64,000 nt of DNA from Bacillota bacterium (GCA_049324235.1 JBMOLJ010000056.1:9229-73228); one strand, 5' to 3'. Shown: positions 39,658 through 49,520, counted from the first letter of the stretch. Made by a program: numbers and translations. The notes: generated by a model from the sequence alone, not told the origin.

Positions 39658-40584
39658 ATGTTCGATACGTTCTACAAAAAATCCGGCATAGTGACGGAAA
39701 AGCTTGCGCGGGATTTTTTTTCAATGGAGGTAGGAACAAGGCTCCCCACCATCGCAGAATATACGCAACGGTTTTCCACGTCACGGGGTACCGTACAGAA
39801 TGCACTCGCGCTCCTGGAGGAAAATGAGTGTATCACCATATTAAAAAGCGGTTCAAAGGGTACTTTGCTCACAGGCATCGACCTTTTAAAACTCCAGAAG
39901 TTTACAGGCTGGGATTCCCTTACCGGAAGCATGCCCGTTCCCCTCAATCCGCTGCTGTCCAGCCTGACCACCGCCATTTGTCACGAGATGTCCCAATGTC
40001 CCATTCCCTTTTCTTTTGCTTTCGTGACCGGCTCACAGAGGCGGATTGATGCACTGCTCAAAAAAGTTTACGATTTTATCATAGTCACCAAAGGCTCGGC
40101 ACAAATCTTTCTTGAAAATAATCCGTCTTTGGAAGCCGCTTTTCAGTTGGATGATTGCCAATACTCACATGAATACTATGTGTATTTCATGAATCCTGCA
40201 TTTTCCACTATAACGGATGGCATGCGCGTAGCCGTGGATCCGACCTCCGCCGACCAGTATTTGATCACGCAAAAACTATTCAGGGATAAAAATATTGAGC
40301 TGGTTGTAGCCCCTTATATCGGCTTTCATGATCTAATGACCAAGCGTCAGGTCGACTGTGTAATCTATCGCAAGGATGACTGGATTCAGCCATATACTTA
40401 TTTCCGGGCGGTGAAGCTTGACCTTCCCGGCTTTTCCGCGCATGACGTCATTACGCCTACGATACTAATCAATAAAGAAAACTACGGCCTGAAAAAATTG
40501 CTTTTCAAATACCTGAAAAAGGACCGGATAGCAGAAAGCCAGCAAAAAGTGCTCTCTGGCGATATGCCGGTCAACTTCTTTTAA
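39658..40584 (+). CDS. GntR-type regulator of the YhfZ family
   Basis: N-terminal LPTIAEYTQRFSTSRGTVQNALALLEENECI wHTH plus a periplasmic-binding-protein-like C-terminal domain, as in E. coli YhfZ. Recognised by architecture. Confidence 0.65.
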   Translation: MFDTFYKKSGIVTEKLARDFFSMEVGTRLPTIAEYTQRFSTSRGTVQNALALLEENECITILKSGSKGTLLTGIDLLKLQKFTGWDSLTGSMPVPLNPLLSSLTTAICHEMSQCPIPFSFAFVTGSQRRIDALLKKVYDFIIVTKGSAQIFLENNPSLEAAFQLDDCQYSHEYYVYFMNPAFSTITDGMRVAVDPTSADQYLITQKLFRDKNIELVVAPYIGFHDLMTKRQVDCVIYRKDDWIQPYTYFRAVKLDLPGFSAHDVITPTILINKENYGLKKLLFKYLKKDRIAESQQKVLSGDMPVNFF

Positions 40585-41088
40585 CACCTGAGCGCAGGCA
40601 GCATTTTGCGAGCCAGCATCTGTTTATTCCGTCTCCGGCAAAACCCTGCTGACATAGTTTGACACGGTCACCTGTCTCGCCAAAGGGGTCATACAATAAT
40701 TTGTATATTTTGGCCAAAATTTCGTACTTTCATATTGACATTTGTTGCGTAATTATCTAATATAATGTATAACAACTTTGACAACGGAAATTTCCAGCAT
40801 CCTTCATTTACTTAGCTTTTGCTTCTTACGCAACGCACAATCATGTAAAACGAACAGCATTCTCAAACCCTTATCATCCTTAGTCCTACACAATAATCCC
40901 AGCGTAAATGAACTAAATCCTTATTGGAACAGGAGCGTATTCCGTTAATTCAATATATGTAAGATGGCTGTGCACGCTTATTTTTGCAGGGCATGGTTTT
41001 TATACGGTTTTTACAGTATCCGGCGGAAAGGGGACGGGGTTCTCCTTCTCAAAGGATAAATCAAATCTAAAAGGGAGTGGAAGAAAGA

Positions 41089-41862
41089 ATGGGTAAAACT
41101 GCTATCGTAACAGGTGCGGGCCGCAACATCGGCAGGGCGATTGCCCTGAAGCTGGCCAAGGACGGAATGGACGTGGTGGTAAACGACATTATGGCGGATA
41201 ATGTTGAAAAGGTGGCCAAGGAAATCGAGGCGCTGGGCGTTTCGAGCATGGCCGTTGCAGGTGATGTGACGCAGGAAAAAGACGTTCAGGCCCTGGTCGA
41301 CGCGACCGTGAAGAAATTCGGCAAGCTGGACGTCATGGTAGCCAACGCCGGTATCGCCGTCACCAAGTCGTGGGACGATACGAAGGTCGAAGACATGGAT
41401 AGGCTCTATGCCGTAAACATTAAGGGCGTGTTCCTGTGCGCGACCATTGCGGCGAGGCAGATGAAAAAACAGCCCGATGACGCTATCTATAAGATCATCA
41501 ACTGCGGCAGCATCGCCTCCCATAAAGGTTTCTCCTATCTTGGCGGCTACTGCTGTACAAAAGCCGCAGTCCGGTCCCTCACACAGTCCCTCGCGCAGGA
41601 GGTAGCGCCTAAGATCACGGTCAACGCCTACTGCCCCGGCGTGGTGGACACCGACATGTGGGTTGCGATCGACAAAGACCTTTCACCCTATCTCGGTATG
41701 GAAACAGGTGGAGCGTGGAAGACGTTCACATCGGGCATACTGATGGGGCGTCCGCAGTACCCGGATGATGTCGCCGACCTCGTATCCTTCCTGGCTTCAC
41801 CTGCGGCCGATTATATCACCGGGCAGTCCATCATCACCGACGGCGGAATGATTTTCGCCTGA
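41089..41862 (+). CDS. SDR-family acetoin reductase / 2,3-butanediol dehydrogenase-like enzyme
   Basis: VTGAGRNIGRAIALKLAKDG, NAGI, YCCTKAAVRSLTQ, CPGVVDTDMW, ITGQSIITDGGMIF. Colinear with BudC-type enzymes. Confidence 0.8.
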   Translation: MGKTAIVTGAGRNIGRAIALKLAKDGMDVVVNDIMADNVEKVAKEIEALGVSSMAVAGDVTQEKDVQALVDATVKKFGKLDVMVANAGIAVTKSWDDTKVEDMDRLYAVNIKGVFLCATIAARQMKKQPDDAIYKIINCGSIASHKGFSYLGGYCCTKAAVRSLTQSLAQEVAPKITVNAYCPGVVDTDMWVAIDKDLSPYLGMETGGAWKTFTSGILMGRPQYPDDVADLVSFLASPAADYITGQSIITDGGMIFA

Positions 41863-41898
41863 TATCTCTCTCCCCGGTTAAAAACACCCGATCAAAAC

Positions 41899-41940
41899 AA
41901 AGCGCCGCAACGTGGACTGCACGTTGCGGCGCTTTGCATG
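41899..41940 (+). terminator. Terminator after the SDR gene
   Basis: AAAGCGCCGCAACGTG-gact-GCACGTTGCGGCGCTTT followed by GCATGTTTT. Confidence 0.8.
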
Positions 41941-42132
41941 TTTTGGGTTCAAACGCATGCGTAAATTGACTGTTATTTCGTTTTGAACGGTATCCCTTCC
42001 CGCATGCACAGCCTCTGCGCCGCAAACCTGCCCGACGCGGCGGCGCCCGCTCCTGCGGATGGAGGCGATGTCTGTAAGCCCCCTTGAAAAGGTACGGCAG
42101 ACAGCCAGATATATCCTTTCGGGTATTAAAAA

Positions 42133-42162
42133 CCGATGACAAATCCTGGGATTTGTCATCGG
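42133..42162. repeat. REP-like palindrome (family member)
   Basis: CCGATGACAAATCC-TG-GGATTTGTCATCGG. Lies downstream of the DUF975 gene. Confidence 0.6.
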
Positions 42163-42207
42163 CATAAGGCCGCCTTATTGGCGCGGCTTATTATTATCCT
42201 ACTTGGC

Positions 42208-42810
42208 TTATGCCAGTTCTTCCGGACGCACAACGCCCTTTTCCAGCGCGTTCTTCTTAAGCTCCAGGTAGTATCCGGCAAGGCTCGTGTGTATATACGG
42301 CCCGACATAAAACAGGTACAGTATCATACCCGTCATCGCGGAAAGCAACATCCAGCCTATGAAACTGAGGAACATGACGAAAATTTCACCCTTGTACCCC
42401 TGTGTCATCCGCATCGAAAGCTTCAGGGCCTCCGCCGGCTCTACTTTCGGACAGTCCGCGAGGATATACGGCGTCATCCAGTAAGACAGCGCCTTGATGA
42501 TACCCGGGATGAACAGCAGAAGCGACCAGAGGAAAATAAAAAGATACATCCACAGGACCCCCGCCAGGTTCCTTCCGTAATCGGCAAACCCTTTCGAAAA
42601 AAAGTCGGATGAAAGCACCTGTTCCTGATTGAAAACCTTTATGGAAAAGTAGCTGTACCCCACCAGCAGCGGCGGCATGAGCAGCAACCAGCCGACCCCG
42701 GGGATAACCGAGGACAGCAGCGTGAACAGCAGAAACACGCCGAGCGCGTTCCCGTACTGCGCGCGGAATGCGATCCTGGCCTGCATCTTGATTTCAGCTC
42801 TTGTTTTCAT
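42208..42810 (-). CDS. DUF975-family membrane protein
   Basis: MKTRAEIKMQARIAFRAQYGNALGV... with multiple TM helices. GAAGGAG RBS at ATG 42810. Confidence 0.7.
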   Translation of the reverse strand: MKTRAEIKMQARIAFRAQYGNALGVFLLFTLLSSVIPGVGWLLLMPPLLVGYSYFSIKVFNQEQVLSSDFFSKGFADYGRNLAGVLWMYLFIFLWSLLLFIPGIIKALSYWMTPYILADCPKVEPAEALKLSMRMTQGYKGEIFVMFLSFIGWMLLSAMTGMILYLFYVGPYIHTSLAGYYLELKKNALEKGVVRPEELA

Positions 42811-43043
42811 TTTATCTCCTTCTGGCGTTTGCATATTTTTTGCATGCGCCCAAGCATTTTCAAGGCTTTGCTTTCCTGATACAGCGTTTCTATGTTTATT
42901 AAATCATAGATTTGAAAAATTAAAAACATAAATTATGTAAAAGTCTCAGGTTGTGATACCGGGTCTGAACATTTTGGCGGATGTCCCAAAAAAGCCGGCG
43001 CCGTAAACGGCACCGGCCTAGGCCGTTTTCTAATACTTGCTGT

Positions 43044-43466
43044 TCATCCTTTTGCCTCTGTTGCTGCAATCAGCCTCAGCGGCGTTCGCATACGGTCATG
43101 CTGTTCCGTATTCATATGTATGTTTTTGTGCCGGTTATCCTTCAATCTGAACTGCCGTACCTTTTCCCTGAGCAGTTCAGATTGCCCAAAGAGTTCTTCG
43201 CCTGCCATTGCGCCTTCCTGTGCAGTAACTGAATTGTTCTGAACAACCTGTGAGAGCTGCGCAATCCCCTGCTGTATCTCTGCGATGCCTATGGCCTGCT
43301 CATTGGATGCAGCAGCGATTTCGTTTCCCAAATGGACCGCCTTATTGACGCTGTCAACGATATTGCTCAACGCCTCTGCCGTCTCGTTTGCGATTCTCAT
43401 ACCGGCATGCGTTTTCTTGATCGAACTACATGTTGTATTCGTAGATAGAGACAAACTTTTTATCAT
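43044..43466 (-). pseudogene. Methyl-accepting chemotaxis protein remnant (C-terminal signalling-domain fragment only)
   Basis: IANETAEALSNIVDSVNK...EIAAASNEQAIGIAEIQQGIAQLSQVVQNNSVTAQEGAMAGEEL matches only the distal MCP cytoplasmic hairpin. There are no TM, HAMP or N-terminal signalling half upstream. Confidence 0.75.
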
Positions 43467-43666
43467 CTAAACGTATTATTCCCCGAAAAAATAGTAAATT
43501 ATTGGAAATGCCTTTAACCCAAAAAGTCCTCATTGCGCCGTTTCCAATAGACGTCCCCGTTGTGGTTAAGGCAAAAAGTACGGCCGCTTCATTACGAAGG
43601 GGCCGTATCAGGCGAATACAAGGCTGATGCGTTATACAGCGCCACAATGCAGGCAAAGTCCGCGTC

Positions 43667-44164
43667 TTATCCTGCGGGCGTGTACTTTAATTCAGCATAA
43701 TCGTCCTTAGTCACCCGCAGGGTTATCACACAGTTGGACCCGTTCATGGTGAACTCGCTTACGCCCACCGGTTCAATGCTCTCGTCGGCCAGATAAAATC
43801 CGGCGCTTTTCAGTTTATCCCTGTATTCAGCGTAATTCTCCTTGGAAACACCCGAGAAAACAATTGTGACCTCTCCCCCGTAAACAGTGGTCTGGACATG
43901 CTGTCCGTAGGTAAATACCGGTACGCTTGCAGGAATCTGGGAAGGCCAGTAGGCTGGCGCCGAGGCGGAAGGCGTCCAAGCAGGCGTCGCCGTCTGCGCC
44001 GGTATCGTGGGAGTTGCGGCAACGCTCGCGGCAACGCTCGCGGCAGCGGTGGCCTGGGCCGTCTGCTGCACCGTGGGCTGGGGGGCATTACCCGTACCGG
44101 TCTGCGGTATACACCCCGCAAGAAGCAATAGCGCTATCGCCAATGGTATCCATATCCTTTTCAT
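43667..44164 (-). CDS. Lipoprotein with Ala/Pro/Thr-rich linker, unknown function
   Basis: Lipobox MKRIWIPLAIALLLLAGC. TAAGGAGG RBS. Confidence 0.7.
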   Translation of the reverse strand: MKRIWIPLAIALLLLAGCIPQTGTGNAPQPTVQQTAQATAAASVAASVAATPTIPAQTATPAWTPSASAPAYWPSQIPASVPVFTYGQHVQTTVYGGEVTIVFSGVSKENYAEYRDKLKSAGFYLADESIEPVGVSEFTMNGSNCVITLRVTKDDYAELKYTPAG

Positions 44165-44308
44165 ATTTACCATATCCTCCTTATTACTTTACACGCATCA
44201 GGAGCGGATTGTATGGAAGATTCGACAAAGCATATGGAATATCCTTTTTATATTCGTCAGATCAAGGCATCCAGCCGATGCGCAGCAGCACAGCTTACCG
44301 ATGATGAC

Positions 44309-46867
44309 TCATGATGTTTTTGCCGACAATGGCTGTGTATACACGCTGTATATCCTAGTTCCATCGACAACCCTGTAAGCGCGTACCTTGTAATAGTAAG
44401 TTTTCCCCGTTGTCAGCCCTTCATCGGTATAGCTGCCTGAGGTCGTGGATCCCAGGTACGTATACGTCCCGCCTAAAGCTGCCGTGCGATAGACTTCATA
44501 TGTGCAGGTGCTGTCCGTATCGTCCCAGCTTACCTTGATGCTGGCGCCCGACAACGCAACGGCCTTGGCCTGCAAAGGCACAATAACCGGTATCTGCCCC
44601 AGGCTCGTTCCGCCGTTCACGCCGAAACCGGTGACATAAGCGTCGAACCTGCCGTGTATATCCCGGTCCACGCTGTCGTGAATGTTCCCCTCAATGGTAT
44701 AGATGATTTTTTTCTCAGGATCATACGCTTCCACAAAACCCGTATGATTATCGGAATTGGCCGGGGAATCCGGCTCATGGAAAAAGATTACGTCTCCTTT
44801 CTTGGGGACATAGCTTGAGCTTACATCCTTAAACCGGCCGCGCTCCTTATACCACGCCTTGCCGCTCAGCACCCAGGAGTATTTGGGAATGGTCGTACCC
44901 AGCAGGTTCACCTGCTTTGCGCACCAGGTAACGAAACACGCGCACCATGCGCCGTATTTCCATATGGGGTAATCCACCGCGTATTTTGTCCAGCCATCCG
45001 CATCGGTGGGGTTCGCTTTGACCTCTTCATAGCCGAGTTCACGCTGGGCTGTTGCGATGAGCTTGTCATAAATATCGGCTGTGCCGGGTTTGGAGGACAC
45101 CATCTGCGAATAGCCGCCATAGACTTTTGTACCGTTTTCCAGTTTGCAGTAGGCTACTATTTTATAGTAATACGTCTTGCTCGTTTTGAGAAAGTTATCT
45201 ACATAACTTGTTCGTCTCGTGGCTGTTACGGCGGAAAAAGGCCCCGTGCTCTTATTTGAGCGGTAAACCGTATAGGCGTACGCGCCGGATACCGCACTCC
45301 AGCTCACCTTGATACCGGTATATCCGTATGCAACAGCTTTAACGGACGAAGGCATAGCTGGAACAGGCTTTGCCGATACGACCGGAGATTGCGTCCCGTA
45401 TAAACGTACCGAGTTTACAAATCTGTATGGGCGTACCATGTAATAATACGTCTGGCCCGTTGTCAAACCGGAATCCGTTATACTGGTCACTCTCGCATTA
45501 CAAAAAGCCGTAAATGTACCTGTGCTTGAGGTTGAGCGGCAAACCATATAACCGTCTGCTCCGGTTACTGCTCCCCAGCTTATCTTTATACTGTTATAGG
45601 ACGCTGAAACCGCTTTAACAGATTGCGGCACAGAGGTTACCGGCCTTGCCGATACAACCTTGGAGTATTCGCTTCTAAACCTTTCTGAACCAATGTCTTT
45701 ATATGCCCTGACTTTATAATAATAAAGTTGCCCCAGTGTTAGTCCCCTGTCGATGATGCTGGTAGCCTTCGCATTGCAGATAAGCGAATATTCGCCCGTA
45801 CTCGAAGCAGCGCGGTATATGAAATACCCGTCCGCACCTGCTACCGCATCCCAGCTTATCATTATGCTGTCAGATGCGGCCGAGACTGCAGTGACGGATT
45901 CCGGTGCAGCGGGAACAGGCCTTGCCGATGCAGCGGAGGAGAGACCGCTGCTTCCAGCATCATTATATGCCTCAACCTTGTAATAATAGGTCTGTCCCGT
46001 AGTCAGGCCAGTATCGGTATAGCTCGTTGATGCCGTATCTTTTACAGGCGTATAGTCCCCTGTGCTCGTGGTTGAACGGTACACGGTATATCCGTCGGCG
46101 CCGGATACAGCGTCCCAGCTTATCCTGACGCTGTCATACCCAGCGGAAACCGCGGTGACGGATTGCGGAACCGCGGGCGGAGCTAAAACCCATTTCGCGT
46201 GGAAAGTGATGTCTCCGCCCACCGTATCCGTTGCGAAATCCCATGCTTCACCCGTATACGCTTCGTTATCATACCAGCCCGCAAAAGTATATCCGCCACG
46301 GACAGGGTCGTCAAGCGCGCTCAGTTTTCCGTCCGTTACATCCGCCATGGACACGGAATCGGGCGTGGTGCCGTCATGGAATTTGACCGTCTGCACAACA
46401 TACGGCTGTTTATCGGTAAGCGCATATGCATCCCATGTCGTATCCGTCAAATGATGATATGCGCGAAAGCCTGCTTTAACACCAGCAAAAACGTCCGTGC
46501 CGAAACCGGGCATATGCCCCTTAAAGTACGCTTTTTCAAGGCTTGTGCAGCCCGAAAACGCCCCGTCGCCGATGGTTGTAACAGTATCCGGAATTTGGAT
46601 TGAAGTGATGGAGGCTTCGTCTGAAAATGCATTTGTACCAATGGCGACCACCGGATTTGCGCCGATCGTATCCGGAATGACGGCGTCACCGCCGCTCCCC
46701 GTATAGCCGGTGATGGTCACTTCCCCGCCGTCGACCGAATATGTGAAATCAGTGTCATCCGCAAAAGCGGCGGCCGGCAATTGGAAAAATGCTATGCAGA
46801 ATGTAAGTAATACCGCAATGTGTTTTCTGAACCGTTCAAACATTATTTCATTATTCCTTTGTTTCAT
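44309..46867 (-). CDS. Large secreted multidomain protein: BspA-type LRR + Listeria/Bacteroides (Flg_new) repeat + 4 FN3-like repeats + CHAP amidase/peptidase + 1 FN3-like repeat
   Basis: Signal peptide ...FFQLPAAAFA. LRR IPDTVTTIGDGAFSGCTSL. GYTFAGWYDNEAYTGEAWDF. Repeated ...ISWDAVSGADGYTVYRS...TGQTYYYKV.AY. CHAP core GAWCACFVTWC...NHTGFVEAY. Start 46867 or 46843. Confidence 0.8.
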   Translation of the reverse strand: MKQRNNEIMFERFRKHIAVLLTFCIAFFQLPAAAFADDTDFTYSVDGGEVTITGYTGSGGDAVIPDTIGANPVVAIGTNAFSDEASITSIQIPDTVTTIGDGAFSGCTSLEKAYFKGHMPGFGTDVFAGVKAGFRAYHHLTDTTWDAYALTDKQPYVVQTVKFHDGTTPDSVSMADVTDGKLSALDDPVRGGYTFAGWYDNEAYTGEAWDFATDTVGGDITFHAKWVLAPPAVPQSVTAVSAGYDSVRISWDAVSGADGYTVYRSTTSTGDYTPVKDTASTSYTDTGLTTGQTYYYKVEAYNDAGSSGLSSAASARPVPAAPESVTAVSAASDSIMISWDAVAGADGYFIYRAASSTGEYSLICNAKATSIIDRGLTLGQLYYYKVRAYKDIGSERFRSEYSKVVSARPVTSVPQSVKAVSASYNSIKISWGAVTGADGYMVCRSTSSTGTFTAFCNARVTSITDSGLTTGQTYYYMVRPYRFVNSVRLYGTQSPVVSAKPVPAMPSSVKAVAYGYTGIKVSWSAVSGAYAYTVYRSNKSTGPFSAVTATRRTSYVDNFLKTSKTYYYKIVAYCKLENGTKVYGGYSQMVSSKPGTADIYDKLIATAQRELGYEEVKANPTDADGWTKYAVDYPIWKYGAWCACFVTWCAKQVNLLGTTIPKYSWVLSGKAWYKERGRFKDVSSSYVPKKGDVIFFHEPDSPANSDNHTGFVEAYDPEKKIIYTIEGNIHDSVDRDIHGRFDAYVTGFGVNGGTSLGQIPVIVPLQAKAVALSGASIKVSWDDTDSTCTYEVYRTAALGGTYTYLGSTTSGSYTDEGLTTGKTYYYKVRAYRVVDGTRIYSVYTQPLSAKTS
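45083..46177 (-). repeat. Four tandem ~88-93-codon FN3-like coding repeats inside the surface protein gene
   Basis: aa 245-609 of the protein. Diverged copies share SV.AVS....I.ISW.AV.GADGY.VYRS.S.TG...............D.GLT.GQ.YYYKV.AY. Confidence 0.8.
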
Positions 46868-47194
46868 TCCCCGCCTGAAATTTATTGTCTGTACCGCAAC
46901 AGTCGCCACGTCCAGCGTATTATTGATCCGAGTTACCCTGCAAAAGCCCTTACAGGAAAATTAAACCATATGCTTACATCTTTAACAACCGAATACACTC
47001 TTTCTATATATAATATTACGCCTTTTCCCCGCTGTTTTTCGGTTGTGCATTCGTGCCCGCCCATAATTATACTATACAGATAGATTTTGCCTGTTTCATA
47101 TTATTTGATTTAACCATAAATTTCAAGAATAAATGGAAACACTTTTGGTCAAATCGCATGGCGCGCAGAAATAATATTAAGAAAAGCATGTTTT

Positions 47195-48328
47195 TCAGGT
47201 CGGATTGCCGAGGAAATCTTCATTCCCCTCAGCAGCCGAAAACTGGTTTTTTCCATTATACTTGGCTTTATAGAGCTGTTGGTCCGCTCTATAAATTAAT
47301 TCCTTTATGCTTTCACCGCGGTATTGACTAATTCCGCCGCTTACGGTTACACAGACTCCATTTATAAACTCGGTGGTCTCAACCCTCATCCGTATGCGTT
47401 CGGCCAGATGTTTTGCCTCCTCCGTGGCGGTGTCAGGCAAAATGAGCATATATTCCTCGCCGCCGTACCTGCAGATAATATCCGTGTTCCTGCAGGATTC
47501 CACAAGGAGATTGGCAACATGCACAATCACGTCATCTCCTGCCTGATGCCCGTAGCGGTCGTTGATATGCTTAAAATTATCGATGTCCACCATGGCAATG
47601 GATAACGGATATCCGATGCGGTTCGCTTTTCTAATCTCCTCATTGAGCTTCTTGAACGCGTTTTCATGGTTCAATAACGAGGTCATGGGGTCCCGGATTA
47701 CCATTTCATTTAAGATCGTGTTCTTTTGCTCAATGATTTTTTTATCCGTAAAAGACAGGACTTTCATACGGAAGACAAGCCTGCTTAAGATCCATGCGAA
47801 CACATTCATAATCAATGCATTCAACCTCAGGATTGTGACAATGTCCCCGTCCCTCTGATAAAACGGTAGAACAACAAAAAAGCCCATATACACCGAAAAA
47901 AACAAAATAAAACTCTCCACCGGCTGAATATACATGAATGCAGCTATACCAAAAATTGCCATAATATATGTGTTTATGGAAGCAAGCCTGTCCTGCGGAA
48001 GAACAGCCAGAGCACAATATAGAAGAAGCAGCCCGAAAATATATGACAGTGATACTGTCTTTTTTAAAGAGGTTCCTGAGGCATTGTTCTTTTTGTATAC
48101 AATGCATAAAACAGGAAAGAACAAAACGTTGAAGGCGATGATGCAATATACAATCAAATCCGTGCAGAAGATTTTATCCCTTAAAAAAATAACAAGCACC
48201 GTTTCACTGACAATTACTATAATTGCTGCAAAAATTGCCCGCAGCAGGTTCTCGTTATAGATCTCCATAAGGAACGCATCCTTGGAGTCATACGGAATCC
48301 GGGTTATCAATCTTCGCAAATAGTTCAT
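47195..48328 (-). CDS. Membrane-bound diguanylate cyclase (GGDEF domain; GGEEY variant, RxxD I-site present)
   Basis: About 6 N-terminal TM helices. DPMTSLLNH, DIDNFKHINDRYGHQAGD, RNTDIICRYGGEEYMLIL. ATG at 48328 has AGGAG 10 nt upstream. Confidence 0.85.
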   Translation of the reverse strand: MNYLRRLITRIPYDSKDAFLMEIYNENLLRAIFAAIIVIVSETVLVIFLRDKIFCTDLIVYCIIAFNVLFFPVLCIVYKKNNASGTSLKKTVSLSYIFGLLLLYCALAVLPQDRLASINTYIMAIFGIAAFMYIQPVESFILFFSVYMGFFVVLPFYQRDGDIVTILRLNALIMNVFAWILSRLVFRMKVLSFTDKKIIEQKNTILNEMVIRDPMTSLLNHENAFKKLNEEIRKANRIGYPLSIAMVDIDNFKHINDRYGHQAGDDVIVHVANLLVESCRNTDIICRYGGEEYMLILPDTATEEAKHLAERIRMRVETTEFINGVCVTVSGGISQYRGESIKELIYRADQQLYKAKYNGKNQFSAAEGNEDFLGNPT

Positions 48329-48572
48329 AATATCGGCTCCTGGACTAATAACGGTACTTTGCATAATAACTACACGCTTATTATGCCATATAAACAATAT
48401 TGTTCAATTTTCGGGTGTATCTCATTGATTTTTTTATTATTATATACGAAACAGCTTTTAAAATCGGCGTTATAAAGAAAAAATATGTAATCAAATGTCT
48501 TGGCCTTAAAGCCTGTCCACGCATCACACGCGGAGATTCCCCCGTTTATCCCGCGGGAGAATCATTTTGGGA

Positions 48573-48965
48573 TTAATTATATATTGTAACAAATTTAATC
48601 GAGTAAAGGTCACCGACAAAATCAAAATTTGACGGGTATTGCCTTAAAACGATGTAGCTTGCTCCTACTTCCTTTAACTGGCCGGTTCTGTCGGTTAATG
48701 CCCCGGTAGTTCCCAGGGAAAACTCGACCCGTACCGTTTTTCCGATATGTCTTTGCAGATATCCCGCCAGATAATACGGGCTTGCCACCGTCGACGGCAC
48801 CATCTGGCTGGGCGGAACGGCTCCCTGCATCGCGCCCGGCATTGCCGGCGCTGCACCGGGCATTGCGCCCGGCATTGCCGGCTGATAAAACTGCGCCGGC
48901 TGCTGTTGCGTTCCGGCTCCCGCCGGCTGCCCCTGCCTGGAATAATTCGAATTGTTCTCCTGCAT
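48573..48965 (-). CDS. gerQ: Spore coat protein GerQ-like (paralogue 1)
   Basis: Gln/Pro/Ala/Met-rich N-terminus plus the conserved C-terminal block YYLAGYLQRHIGKTVRVEFSLGTTGALTDRTGQLKEVGASYIVLRQ...LYSIKFVTIY, colinear with the B. subtilis GerQ C-terminal domain. Confidence 0.75.
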   Translation of the reverse strand: MQENNSNYSRQGQPAGAGTQQQPAQFYQPAMPGAMPGAAPAMPGAMQGAVPPSQMVPSTVASPYYLAGYLQRHIGKTVRVEFSLGTTGALTDRTGQLKEVGASYIVLRQYPSNFDFVGDLYSIKFVTIYN

Positions 48966-49100
48966 ATTGCTCTTCCTCCTTGATTTTCATTTGAACAGAA
49001 TATGTGCAATCCTTAAAAAACCACCATCGTATTGTACGCAGTCATGACCCGTTTTGCGTAAGATTTCGGGGAATGCGCGTGAGAGTAATTCTACTCGCTT

Positions 49101-49499
49101 TTATACCATGTTCAGCGGATACAGGGTCACGAATTTAACGGAAAAAATGTCCCCGACTACCTCAAAATTCGACGGAATCAGCCTGAGCGCAATATACGTC
49201 GCCCCTACTTCAATGAGTTGCCCCGTTTTATCCGTAATCGCACCCGTTGTCCCGAGAGAAAACTGCACCCGTACGATTTGGCCGATAAAATTCTGCAGAT
49301 ATCCGGCAAGGAAATACGGGTTTGCCACCGTCATGGGCATCAAGTCCTGCGCCATTACCGGCCCAGCGCCCGTACCCGTTGCCTGGTACTGCGGCGCAGG
49401 CATTCCCTGCTGCGGCATCCCCGGGCCGGTTTGCCGTCCCATAGTATATCCGTATGTATTACAATCGCCGAGGTAAGCCGGACTGTTCGGCTCCAGCAT
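49101..49499 (-). CDS. gerQ: Spore coat protein GerQ-like (paralogue 2)
   Basis: YFLAGYLQNFIGQIVRVQFSLGTTGAITDKTGQLIEVGATYIALRL...IFSVKFVTLY. ATG at 49499 is 7 nt after AGGAGG. Confidence 0.75.
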   Translation of the reverse strand: MLEPNSPAYLGDCNTYGYTMGRQTGPGMPQQGMPAPQYQATGTGAGPVMAQDLMPMTVANPYFLAGYLQNFIGQIVRVQFSLGTTGAITDKTGQLIEVGATYIALRLIPSNFEVVGDIFSVKFVTLYPLNMV

Positions 49500-49520
49500 A
49501 ATCACTCCTCCTTTTTCGGA

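Noticed and set aside
45083-46177. Periodic ~270-nt repeats that could be mistaken for a CRISPR-like or satellite array.
   Set aside because: The repeats are in frame within one long ORF and encode diverged FN3-like modules. No short identical direct repeats with unique spacers exist anywhere in the window, and there are no cas genes.
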